A DNA stretch of 32,000 nucleotides, taken from NCBI GenBank assembly GCA_963782885.1, contig CAWALL010000008.1, positions 698,400 through 730,399 of the forward strand, read 5' to 3'. A model generated the notes under the pieces. The model searched no databases and had not been told where the DNA came from. It was given only the letters and a program-made list of their open reading frames with translations. The translations under genes were made by a program, and so were the position numbers. Below are positions 15,795 to 25,845 of this stretch, in pieces. Source of the DNA: an uncultured Alphaproteobacteria bacterium. Lineage in GTDB: Bacteria; Pseudomonadota; Alphaproteobacteria; Geminicoccales; Geminicoccaceae. Numbering within the stretch: the first letter of the stretch is position 1; the number at the start of each line of letters is the position of its first letter.

Positions 15795-16834
15795 TAGCGC
15801 CAGCAGCGACGAGGCCGCGATAGGTGGTGGGGCGGGTCAGGACGGCATGCTGGATGACGCGGGCGAAGCGGTGGCTGATGCTCTTGGCGGTGCGGCGGTT
15901 GAAGCGGAAGACGTACTCGTCGAGATAGGCCGGCAGGTGCTTGTTCGAGACCGCGCCGTGGTGGGTGCCGAGCAGCCAACGCTTGGCGAGGCCGAACACC
16001 AGGTGGATCGCCGGCAGGCGCAGCGCGGCGTCGCCCCAGGCGGCGGCGAGGTTGATCGGCTGGTGGGCGTAGCCGGCGGCGGCGAGGCCAGTGTAGCCGG
16101 ACCAGCCATCGGTGGTCACGGTCGCGGGCTTGGCGACGTTTTCGCCGAGGAAGCCTTCGAGGCTCCGGGCCGAGACATCGGGCACGACGGCCAGCCTCAG
16201 CCGGCCCAGGCGGCACCCGCGGGCCTGGCCGCGGCCGGTCTCGACCGCGCCGGCGACCGTCGTCTTGCCGGCTGCGCCGCGGCCGGAGCGGCCGGGCCTG
16301 GGGCCACCGACATAGGTCTCGTCGGCCTCGACCTGCGCGCCAAGCGGCGCCCGCTCCGGGCGCACCATCGCGCGGCGGATCTTGTGCAGCCAGCTCCAGG
16401 CGGTCTGATAGCTGCCGAAGCCCATCTGGCGCTGGAGCTCCATCGCCGAGATCCCGCCCTTGCTCGAGGTCACCAGGTAGATCGCGAGGAACCACTTGGC
16501 GAGCCCGGTCTTGGTCTGCTCGAACAGGGTGCCGGCCAGGATCGAGTGCTGCTTGCCGCAGGCCGTGCACTCCTCGATCAGGCGTTTCTTGTGGCTGTAA
16601 GCCTGACCATGCCCGCAGCCCGCGCAGCGGAACCCCGCGGGCCAACGCGCCCGCACCAGATACGCCCGGCACTTGGCGTCCGTGCCGAAGCGCTTCAGGA
16701 AGCTCGGCAGATCGCGCGGCAGATCCGTCAGCAGCTCGTCGGCCATGGCACCCTCCCCACTATGTTCGCTCTTCGTTCACCCTCCTCCATCCTGCCGCCG
16801 GAGTCAAGCAGCCTGAGCCTTGTGGAGAGCTAGT
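15772..16834 (-). mobile_element. IS1595-family (ISXO2-like) insertion sequence, 1063 bp, inserted in the STAND gene
   Basis: It has a single 318-aa transposase ORF. The imperfect terminal inverted repeats match at 19 of 23 positions, with the first 12 perfect (actagctctcca). It is flanked by an exact 8-bp direct repeat, TGACGGCA, at 15764-15771 and 16835-16842. Confidence 0.9.
15790..16746 (-). CDS. IS1595 family transposase (N-terminal zinc-ribbon, ISXO2-like DDE domain)
   Basis: The zinc-ribbon region is FLKRFGTDAKCRAYLVRARWPAGFRCAGCGH...CTACGKQHSILAGTLFEQTK. Further blocks are KWFLAIYLVTSSKGGISAMELQRQMG and EADETYVGG. All are typical of the family. Confidence 0.93.
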   Translation of the reverse strand: MADELLTDLPRDLPSFLKRFGTDAKCRAYLVRARWPAGFRCAGCGHGQAYSHKKRLIEECTACGKQHSILAGTLFEQTKTGLAKWFLAIYLVTSSKGGISAMELQRQMGFGSYQTAWSWLHKIRRAMVRPERAPLGAQVEADETYVGGPRPGRSGRGAAGKTTVAGAVETGRGQARGCRLGRLRLAVVPDVSARSLEGFLGENVAKPATVTTDGWSGYTGLAAAGYAHQPINLAAAWGDAALRLPAIHLVFGLAKRWLLGTHHGAVSNKHLPAYLDEYVFRFNRRTAKSISHRFARVIQHAVLTRPTTYRGLVAAGAT

Positions 16835-16842
16835 TGACGGCA
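16812..16842. repeat. Terminal inverted repeat (16812-16834) plus target-site duplication TGACGGCA (16835-16842) of the IS1595-family element
   Basis: Read directly from the sequence. Confidence 0.85.
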
Positions 16843-18014
16843 TTTTCCAGCTCTTCGTCGGTCCCCTCGATCCCCGAAACTCGAAGCAGGGCGCGACCGC
16901 CAATGGTCGAGACCTGGTCGAGGTCGACCTGGCGGACGGCCGCCTTGATCTCGCCGTCGGCGAGGTCGGCGACCGGCTCGCGGGTGGTGATCACGCAGAG
17001 GCCGGGATTGCGCTTGGCCAGTTCGAACAGGAGAACTTCCAGGCCCGGGTCTTTGAGCTTGCCGCGATCGAAGGCGTGGCCGGATTGCAGGGGCTCCAGG
17101 CCATCGAGCAGGAGGAGCGTCCGCCGCCGCTGGATCAGCTCGGCGAGGCGGTGGCCGCGGTCCCAGGCGGAGAGCCCCGCGCCGGCGGTCTCGTCGCCGA
17201 AACGTTCGACCGCCTTGGCAATGAACTCGTCGCCCGAGGTCACGCGCTCGCCAGTGCCCTGGCTGTAGAACGACCAGGCGAAGACCCGCTCGGCGCCGCG
17301 GTAGTTGTCCTCGTCCATGGCCTCGCACCAGCAACGCACCAAGGTCGATTTCCCAACGCCACCCGACGCCTTGAGGACGACCAGGTTCAGCTCCTGATCG
17401 TCCCATGCCTTGTTGAGGAAGTTCAGCTCCTTCCGCCGGCCGAACAGCAAGTCGTCGCTCTGGGGCAGGCGCGTGATGTCGACCTCGGGCGCCGGACCGA
17501 CAGGGGCCGGTCGCTCGTGACCCTTGCCTGTTTCGAGGTAGGAGACGACTTGGCGGGCCACTTCGGCAAACACCTGATCCGGATCATGGGCGAAATGGGT
17601 CAGCACCGGCTTCGCGTCGCGCGGCAGGATCTGCCAGCGCTTCAGCCAAGGATGTCGCTGCCAGACACAATCACGGAGCAGAATCGGGAACAGCTCGAGT
17701 TTGCCCCGGTAGCGCTGCTGCAGCAGATAGGGGATCTCCTCGTCCATGCAGAACGACAAGTCGAGGAAGTCGGAAGAGATCAAGCAGACGGCGCAACAAC
17801 TCTTGCTCAGGATGTCTCTTATTCTGGCGTACCAATCAACTCCTGCCTTGATCTGCCGGTCATCCCACACCTGCAGGATACCGAGTCGCCCCAGCTGACT
17901 CAGATGTGGCAGCAGCCTGTCCTTCCACTCTTCGTCACCACCGTGGCTGTAGCTGACGAAGACGATCGGGGGCTCGTCGCCCGGCTGGTGCAGAGACTCG
18001 AGTTGGACGGCCAT
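16830..18014 (-). CDS. N-terminal fragment: TIR domain plus P-loop half of the NB-ARC NTPase (394-codon ORF ending at a stop supplied by the IS end)
   Basis: TIR motifs are IVFVSYSHGGDEEW, WDDRQIKAGVDW and LISSDFLDLSFCMDEEIPY (conserved Glu). Walker A is LKASGGVGKSTLV, Walker B is TLLLLDGLE, and sensor-1-like is LCVITTRE. The TAG at 16830-16832 lies inside the IS terminal repeat. Confidence 0.85.
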   Translation of the reverse strand: MAVQLESLHQPGDEPPIVFVSYSHGGDEEWKDRLLPHLSQLGRLGILQVWDDRQIKAGVDWYARIRDILSKSCCAVCLISSDFLDLSFCMDEEIPYLLQQRYRGKLELFPILLRDCVWQRHPWLKRWQILPRDAKPVLTHFAHDPDQVFAEVARQVVSYLETGKGHERPAPVGPAPEVDITRLPQSDDLLFGRRKELNFLNKAWDDQELNLVVLKASGGVGKSTLVRCWCEAMDEDNYRGAERVFAWSFYSQGTGERVTSGDEFIAKAVERFGDETAGAGLSAWDRGHRLAELIQRRRTLLLLDGLEPLQSGHAFDRGKLKDPGLEVLLFELAKRNPGLCVITTREPVADLADGEIKAAVRQVDLDQVSTIGGRALLRVSGIEGTDEELENAVN

Positions 18015-18117
18015 CGCTGAAATCCGGCCCGCTCACGATCGGAAGTTGATCGACCTCGTCAGAAAGCCATATCGTAGCGGGCAGGGCAAGCGGGCCGGGC
18101 CAGGCCCCGTGGCGCAC

Positions 18118-18137
18118 ATGCGTCACAAGTGACGCAT
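18118..18137. promoter_or_regulatory. Perfect palindrome ATGCGTCAC-AA-GTGACGCAT about 104 bp upstream of the TIR-STAND start codon (candidate operator)
   Basis: The 9-bp arms are exact reverse complements. The half-site TGACGCAT recurs at 18428-18435. No binding factor is known. Confidence 0.3.
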
Positions 18138-18444
18138 CAAGGCGACGGCGCCCGCGCTGAGAGGCAATGGAGCTCACCTTGAGGTTGATCCGATTTGACC
18201 GATTCCTGCCTTGAGAACCAACGCGAAGATATTCGCATTAACCTCCTATTTTTATGTGACAATATCAATTCACATGAAATCACTGGTATCAACTGCATCA
18301 ATCTAACCGGTGGCTCCAGGGCTTGATCCCTCCGAGCGGATCGGTCTCCCTATGATTAAGATGCTACACCTCATAGTTCTCGATGCGCCACTGATGCGAC
18401 ACGTGGCAATGAATCAGGCTACACTTCTGACGCATCGCAAGACG

Positions 18445-18460
18445 ATTGATCTCGATCAAT
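18445..18460. promoter_or_regulatory. Perfect 16-bp palindrome ATTGATCTCGATCAAT containing an exact FNR/FixK/Crp-family box TTGAT-N4-ATCAA
   Basis: The consensus match was read directly. It lies about 300 bp upstream of the ppsA start, in the divergent spacer. Confidence 0.35.
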
Positions 18461-18487
18461 TCAGTAGGGCGAATCGGTTTTGTCTGT

Positions 18488-18507
18488 ATTTTTCTGTTCA
18501 GAAAAAT
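18488..18507. promoter_or_regulatory. Perfect palindrome ATTTTTCTG-TT-CAGAAAAAT in the AT-rich spacer (operator or small hairpin)
   Basis: The 9-bp arms are exact reverse complements with a 2-nt centre. Confidence 0.25.
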
Positions 18508-18760
18508 CAGATCATTTGATCGATTCGCAGGCGAATTGGCTCCATATCGAATGTGATCAGGAGCCTGCGCGGGCATGGACGCTCGAATGAGGTCATCGGC
18601 AGGCTTGGTCGCGCATCAATCCGGGAGGCTGTGCGGTCGAGTTGAGCCGTCCGTTGATCGCCGGGCGAGGGCGGTGGACTTGACCCAGGTCAATGACCGG
18701 GGGGCGTGCCGGGCCGAGGTTGGCGCCCGCGATCCGCAACCGGGGAAGTGGGGGTGCGTC

Positions 18761-21202
<2,442 letters not shown>

Positions 21203-21205
21203 CGC

Positions 21206-22099
21206 TCAATCGACCCAGGGCGGGGCCGCCTCCCGGTGCGAGAAAAATATGGTCGCCGCGATGCCTTCGGGAACCGCGGCGATCACGCCCGGCGCCGCTT
21301 GCCGGGGCTCGAGCCCGCGCGCCAGCAGGGCCGCGCGGGTCGCCGCGAGATCGTCGCTGCTGAGCGCGAAGGCCGCCATGAACGGCGGCGAGGGCAGGGC
21401 GCTCCCCGGGAGCAGTCGCAAAAGACAGCTCTGATCCACGAACCCGATCCGGCCGCGGTCGAGCTGCAGCAGCCAGCCGCAGGTCGAGCGCCTGGCCGCG
21501 CGGCCGACGAACCGGCCGAAACGCTCCGCCGCCTCGGCGGGATCTTCGACGCAGAGCAGGACGTCGGTCAGTGCCCTCGCGCGGTTCGGGTGCTCCAGCC
21601 AGCGGGCCTGCCAGACAAGCTCGGGCGTGTGGTGCCGGCAGAACTGAATCCGGCCTTCGGCCATCGTGCCGGGCGGGATGCGCACGACCGAGAACCGCGC
21701 CAGCCCCTGGCCTGCCGACGTCTCGACCGTGCGTTCGAGCGCGATTGGCGGCTGGGGCGCGAAGCCGGAGGTGGCGAGCTGCCGATAACTGGCTTCGGCA
21801 TCGCCGGTTCCCAACGCGATCAGATGCAGCCCGACGTAGCGGCCGATTCCCTGCCGGAGCTGGCCGGCCACGGAAGTGTCGGCGATCGGGGCCAGGACTT
21901 CGACGTAGCCCTCGCCGAGCATGGCCAGGCGATTGGCGGTACCGGCCGGGACCAGCGGCTCGCCCGGCGCCAGCCGGTGGCGTTGCGGCGAGAACGGCGT
22001 CAGGCGAAAGCCCAGTCGCTCGAACGCCCGCGCCGCGGGCGCGATCTCCGGCACGAACAGGCCGACGTGGTCGAGCACCACCTCGCCCGCGCGCGGCAC
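21206..22099 (-). CDS. VOC (glyoxalase/bleomycin-resistance/dioxygenase-like) family protein, two-domain
   Basis: The motifs LDHVGLFVPEIAPAARAFERLGF and a second beta-alpha-beta-beta-beta-like half are present. The start is uncertain. GTG 22099 was chosen because the track ATG at 22216 would overlap the upstream DUF429 gene by about 100 nt. Confidence 0.7.
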   Translation of the reverse strand: MPRAGEVVLDHVGLFVPEIAPAARAFERLGFRLTPFSPQRHRLAPGEPLVPAGTANRLAMLGEGYVEVLAPIADTSVAGQLRQGIGRYVGLHLIALGTGDAEASYRQLATSGFAPQPPIALERTVETSAGQGLARFSVVRIPPGTMAEGRIQFCRHHTPELVWQARWLEHPNRARALTDVLLCVEDPAEAAERFGRFVGRAARRSTCGWLLQLDRGRIGFVDQSCLLRLLPGSALPSPPFMAAFALSSDDLAATRAALLARGLEPRQAAPGVIAAVPEGIAATIFFSHREAAPPWVD

Positions 22100-22119
22100 G
22101 TTGTCGGGACGGTTCGGGC

Positions 22120-22857
22120 TCAGAACCGGATCTCCATCCGCAGGCCGCGAGAGTCGAGGGGCGGCATCGCCGGCAGCCGTCCGGCGGTACCGGCGGCGAT
22201 GCGCGTCGCGGTCCACGCCATGACGCAGGCATCGAGCACGTCGTCGGCGCGGGCGCCGAGCGCGCCGACGCGCCGCAACAGCCGGTCCGGATCCGCGAAA
22301 CCGGCCCGGCGTAGCAGCTCGGCCCGCTGCGCTCGACCTTGGTCCGAGCGTTTACGCGCGATGATCTGGAAATCGGGCTCGTGCCGCGCTGCCTGATCGC
22401 GCAGCGCAGTGAACGCCAGCTCCGGGTGTGCCTCGATGATCCGCGCCTGCAGCGCCGGGGTCATGACCCGGTCGATCTCGCGCATGTAGCGGAACAGGCT
22501 CCAGGACTGGCGCGACAGGCCCCGCCGATCGGGCGAGCTCGCCCGATTGATCCGATTCGCCTCGGCGTGGCAAGCCGCCTCCAGGGCCTGCCGGCAGGGG
22601 CTCGAGAACACGCTGCTCGCCCGCCCTCTCAACCGCGCCCGCGCAAGGCGCTCGCACTCGCGTCCGCCAGCCACCGCTTCGCCGGGGAAACCGATCGGCA
22701 TGTCGACCGCGACGCAGGCGGCGCCGGCGGTCAGCGCCAGGACGTCGTCGAACACCGGCGCGCGGTGCAGCTCGACAATCCGGCCGCGCTTCAGGGCAAT
22801 CAGCCAGGCGCCGCCCATGACGTCGACGCCGGCGACCGGTGCCGCGGAACCGTTCAC
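22120..22857 (-). CDS. DUF429 domain-containing protein (predicted RNase H-fold)
   Basis: The family-like N-terminus is VAGVDVMGGAWLIAL..., followed by VAVDMPIG, then AHPELAF and DDVLDACVMAWTA. GTG 22857 forms a GTGA overlap with the upstream stop; ATG 22818 is an alternative. The rest of the 560-aa track ORF is an artefact. Confidence 0.8.
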   Translation of the reverse strand: MNGSAAPVAGVDVMGGAWLIALKRGRIVELHRAPVFDDVLALTAGAACVAVDMPIGFPGEAVAGGRECERLARARLRGRASSVFSSPCRQALEAACHAEANRINRASSPDRRGLSRQSWSLFRYMREIDRVMTPALQARIIEAHPELAFTALRDQAARHEPDFQIIARKRSDQGRAQRAELLRRAGFADPDRLLRRVGALGARADDVLDACVMAWTATRIAAGTAGRLPAMPPLDSRGLRMEIRF

Positions 22858-23687
22858 GAGCCGACCTGGACGGGCGCAACCAGGGAGCGCAACGCCGCCA
22901 TGATGCTCGGCGCGACCGCGCGCGAGGTGCGCGGGTTGGTCGCCGAGGGCCGGTTGCGACTGGTCAGGCTGAGCTGGATGTCGGCGGCGTCGACCTCGAC
23001 GTGGTGGACGGCGCCGGCCACGTCCGGATCGGCCAGCACCAGGACCTCGGTCCGGTCGAGGCCGATGCCGGCGAGGCTCAGCGTGACCGCGACGTTGAAG
23101 TGCTTCGGAAAGGCGAGCGCCGCCTCGCGGGCGGTGCCGGCAAAGACCTGCACGGGTTTGCTGATCGGTTGCGTGAAGTCGAAGCCGCGTTCGCGGACGT
23201 AAGCCTCGCGGACCAGCGAGTCGGGCCGGATGCGCGAGGTGAGCTTCAGGCTCCCGATCTCGCCCTCGGCGGCGGCACGGATCGCATCGAGCCCCGGCAG
23301 GGCGCCGGTCGCGATCTTGATGCGGCCACCGCTCGCGCCCACCCGGTCCAGCACCTCGGGATGGGCCGCGAGGCCGCCGACGCTGACCGGCACCAGGACC
23401 TTGCCGGCGCCGAGTGCTATGCGCGCGATCTCGGGTAAGGCGTCGCCGGTCGCGCATTCGACGATCACGTCGGCGTGCGCCGGCAACTCGGCGAGCGGCA
23501 GCACCAAAGGCGGCGGCTCCAGACCGGCAGCGTTGCGCCGCGCCCGATCGAGATCGCGCGCCGAGATCGCGGTCAGCCGCGCCTCCGGGATCGCGCCGGC
23601 GACCAGGCGCCGGGCCAGATCTCGCCCGACCGTGCCGAAGCCCGCGAGCGCCACCCGCATCGGTTTTTCCCGGGAAAAGGTCGTCAT
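22854..23687 (-). CDS. Aspartate dehydrogenase (NadX-like) domain protein
   Basis: The Rossmann motif is MRVALAGFGTVGR, and C-terminal blocks FAGTAREAALAFPKHFNVAVTLSLAG and HHVEV are typical of L-aspartate dehydrogenase. ATG 23687 overlaps the upstream stop as ATGA. Confidence 0.85.
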   Translation of the reverse strand: MTTFSREKPMRVALAGFGTVGRDLARRLVAGAIPEARLTAISARDLDRARRNAAGLEPPPLVLPLAELPAHADVIVECATGDALPEIARIALGAGKVLVPVSVGGLAAHPEVLDRVGASGGRIKIATGALPGLDAIRAAAEGEIGSLKLTSRIRPDSLVREAYVRERGFDFTQPISKPVQVFAGTAREAALAFPKHFNVAVTLSLAGIGLDRTEVLVLADPDVAGAVHHVEVDAADIQLSLTSRNRPSATNPRTSRAVAPSIMAALRSLVAPVQVGS

Positions 23688-25078
23688 GGGCCGTCCTCGG
23701 CTTCGAGCGGCGCCCGGAGCAGCCCGGCGTAGGTTTGCAGATCAGGTGCCTCGGGCAGGCCCCGGATCGCACCCTTGAGCTCCGCACTGCGCGCCGCTGC
23801 ACCGACGACCGCGAGCAGCCGGTCGAACTTCGCCTCGATCTCGGCGGCGGTCATCGGCGCTTCGGGGTAGCCGCGGGCGATGTCGTTTCGCCGCCGATGC
23901 ACGTGGCCCGACCGGGTCCGGATCTCGAGCTCGGTCGCGTAAGCGTCGGGAAAGCGCTCCTCGAGCTCGCCGTCATCGGCCTCGACCCTGACCCGCGCCG
24001 CGAGGTCGCGGACCAGGGGGTCGGCGTCACGCCGGTCGACGAACAGATCGGCGACCTCGAGCCGTCCCCGCGCGAGCGCGACCGCGAGCACGTATTGCGC
24101 GCAATGGCTCTTCAGCGGGTTGGCGTCGATGCAGTGCACGCCCGAGCGGGCAAAGCGCATCACGATTCTCTCCACGTCCCCGGGCTGCAGACCGAGGTCG
24201 CGGATCAGCTCGAACAGCGCGTCGAGCGCCGGGTGCAGGAAGGAGACGCAGGGATAGGGCTTGATCGCGAGTTCGGCGATCCCATCCCAGCGGTGGCCGA
24301 GATCCCGGATCAGGAGCGCGGGCTCAGGGTGACGGCTGAAGGCCTTGAAGACCGTGTGGCCATGGTCGAAGACGCCGAGCGGGCCGCCGAAGCCGTCGGC
24401 CGCGAGCAGGGCGGCGGTCAGCCCGTTGCGCGCCGCCATGCCCATCTGGAACGGCCGCGAATTCTCGCTCGGATCGCTCTCCCAGGCCATCAGACCCGAA
24501 GCCTGGCAGGCGGCAAGACCGAGCGCCCGGATCACCGCCCCGGCGTCGAGCTCGAGCAGACGGCAGGCGGCGGCCGCGGCCCCGAAGCCGCCGCAGACGG
24601 CGGACGGGTGAAAGCCCAGCGCATACTGCTCGGCGGGCCCGAGCGCGATCGAGACCCGGTACTCGACTTCGCAGCCGAGCGCCACCGCCGCCAGGAAATC
24701 GTGCCCGCGCGCGCTGGCCCGTTCGGCTGTGGCGAGCGCTGCCGGGATCACGACCGCGATCGGGTGCAGGATCGCCGCGGGGTGGTGGGGCTCGAAATCG
24801 CAGGCGTAGCCCATCGTGCCGTTGGCGAGTGCCGCGTGCACCGCGCCGGTCTTGAAGCCATGGCCGACCACGCTCGCCTCGGGCGCGCCGCCCTGGCCGC
24901 GGGCGAACGCCGCGATCCGCCGCCCGGTCGACCAGGCCGGATTGGCGGCGGCCAGCAGGCAGCCGCTGCCATCCAGGACCAGGTCGATCAGGCGCGGCCC
25001 GAGCGCGGCGGGCAGGTCGTCCGCCCGGAAGCTCGCGATGAAGTCGGCGAGTGCCTCGGTGCTTGGAGCTTCGGTCAT
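23684..25078 (-). CDS. MmgE/PrpD family protein (2-methylcitrate dehydratase-like)
   Basis: 464 aa from ATG 25078 (MTEAPSTEALADFIASFRADDLP...). Family blocks include AALANGTMGYACDFEPHH and GFHPSAVCGGFGAAAAA. Confidence 0.9.
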   Translation of the reverse strand: MTEAPSTEALADFIASFRADDLPAALGPRLIDLVLDGSGCLLAAANPAWSTGRRIAAFARGQGGAPEASVVGHGFKTGAVHAALANGTMGYACDFEPHHPAAILHPIAVVIPAALATAERASARGHDFLAAVALGCEVEYRVSIALGPAEQYALGFHPSAVCGGFGAAAAACRLLELDAGAVIRALGLAACQASGLMAWESDPSENSRPFQMGMAARNGLTAALLAADGFGGPLGVFDHGHTVFKAFSRHPEPALLIRDLGHRWDGIAELAIKPYPCVSFLHPALDALFELIRDLGLQPGDVERIVMRFARSGVHCIDANPLKSHCAQYVLAVALARGRLEVADLFVDRRDADPLVRDLAARVRVEADDGELEERFPDAYATELEIRTRSGHVHRRRNDIARGYPEAPMTAAEIEAKFDRLLAVVGAAARSAELKGAIRGLPEAPDLQTYAGLLRAPLEAEDGP

Positions 25079-25085
25079 GGCGCGC

Positions 25086-25826
25086 TCAGAGACCGAGGCC
25101 GCCGTCGACATGGATCAGCTGGCCGGTGAGGTAGCTCGCCGCCTCGCTCAGGAGAAACGCGATCACCGCCGCGACCTCGTCGGGGCGGCCGAGCCGGCCG
25201 AACGGGATGCGCTCGAGCGCCCGGCGCCAGCCCCGCTCGTCGAGCGCGGCATGGGCGCCGACATCCTTCTGAATGTAGCCGGGCACGACGGCGTTGACCG
25301 TGACGCCGGCCGGCGCAAGCTGCGCCGCGAGCGACCTGACCAGCGCCTCGAGCCCGGCCTTGGCGGCGGCCGAGGCCGCGAAGCCTTCGCCGCCCGGCGC
25401 GAAGCGGTGGCCCAGGAAAGAACTGATCGCGACCACGCGGCCGGCGGGCGCGGCCTCGAGCAATGGCAGCGCGGCGCTCGCGAGCGCGAAAAATGCATCG
25501 CGGATGACGGCGCTCGAGCGCGCGAGATCATCGAGGTCGAGCTCGCCGAAGCCGCCCCTGCGGGCAAAGCCCGCGGCATGCACGAGGCCGTCGAGCCGGC
25601 CGAAGCTCGAGCGCGCGTCCTCGATCAGGGCCGGCGCTGTCGCCCGGTCGGCGAGATCGCCGAGCCCGAGGCGCACGCGCGCGCCCGCGTCCTCGGCTGC
25701 GGCCGCGACCCGCTCCAGGCCAGTGCGATTCTGGCGGGTGTGGAGCAGGAGTACGACCTCGGGGCTCGCGATCCGCCGGGCCAGCGCGGCGCCGATGCCC
25801 GAGCCGGCGCCGGTCACCAGGATCAC
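25086..25826 (-). CDS. SDR family oxidoreductase
   Basis: The cofactor motif is [15 protein letters not shown], with SAAKAG (YxxxK-region variant) and PGYI. GTG 25826 lies 6 nt after GGGGAGGGG. The track start (TTG 25853) is an alternative. Confidence 0.88.
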   Translation of the reverse strand: MILVTGAGSGIGAALARRIASPEVVLLLHTRQNRTGLERVAAAAEDAGARVRLGLGDLADRATAPALIEDARSSFGRLDGLVHAAGFARRGGFGELDLDDLARSSAVIRDAFFALASAALPLLEAAPAGRVVAISSFLGHRFAPGGEGFAASAAAKAGLEALVRSLAAQLAPAGVTVNAVVPGYIQKDVGAHAALDERGWRRALERIPFGRLGRPDEVAAVIAFLLSEAASYLTGQLIHVDGGLGL

Positions 25827-25845
25827 CCGCAGCCCCTCCCCGGCC

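Larger units (their letters stand above)
14145..18014 (-). pseudogene. TIR / NB-ARC (STAND NTPase) / TPR gene (Avs- or TIR-NLR-like), disrupted by an IS1595-family insertion and two frameshifts. The reconstructed ORF is about 932 codons.
   Basis: Deleting 15772-16834 plus one copy of the 8-bp duplication joins ...EELENAV to KAFGNHAYAIKLLGAWIG... in frame. The remaining length (1180 + 1619 = 2799 nt) is a multiple of 3. A middle segment (about 14806-15018) reads in a different frame, bounded by two opposite 1-nt shifts. Confidence 0.85.

Noticed and set aside
18019-18027. GAAATCCGG next to the TIR gene start, matching part of the IS1380 terminal repeat
   Set aside because: Only 9 nt match and there is no partner repeat or transposase remnant nearby. 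This is compatible with chance.
18310-18576. Two overlapping small ORFs (69 aa on plus, 70 aa on minus) in the AT-rich spacer
   Set aside because: They have no Shine-Dalgarno, no recognisable domain, atypical composition and mutual overlap. I cannot exclude a small gene or a degraded remnant, but the sequence gives no positive support.
18575-18760. 62-codon N-terminal extension of the ppsA ORF
   Set aside because: PEP synthases start at the conserved M-x-x-x-Y-V-x-W-F region, which matches ATG 18761. The extension has no homology-like features.
22858-23802. Upstream 315 codons of the 560-aa ORF that ends as the DUF429 protein
   Set aside because: This part overlaps the aspartate dehydrogenase gene in another frame and is Arg/Gly/Pro-rich. 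The DUF429 signature starts at VAGVD, just after GTG 22857.
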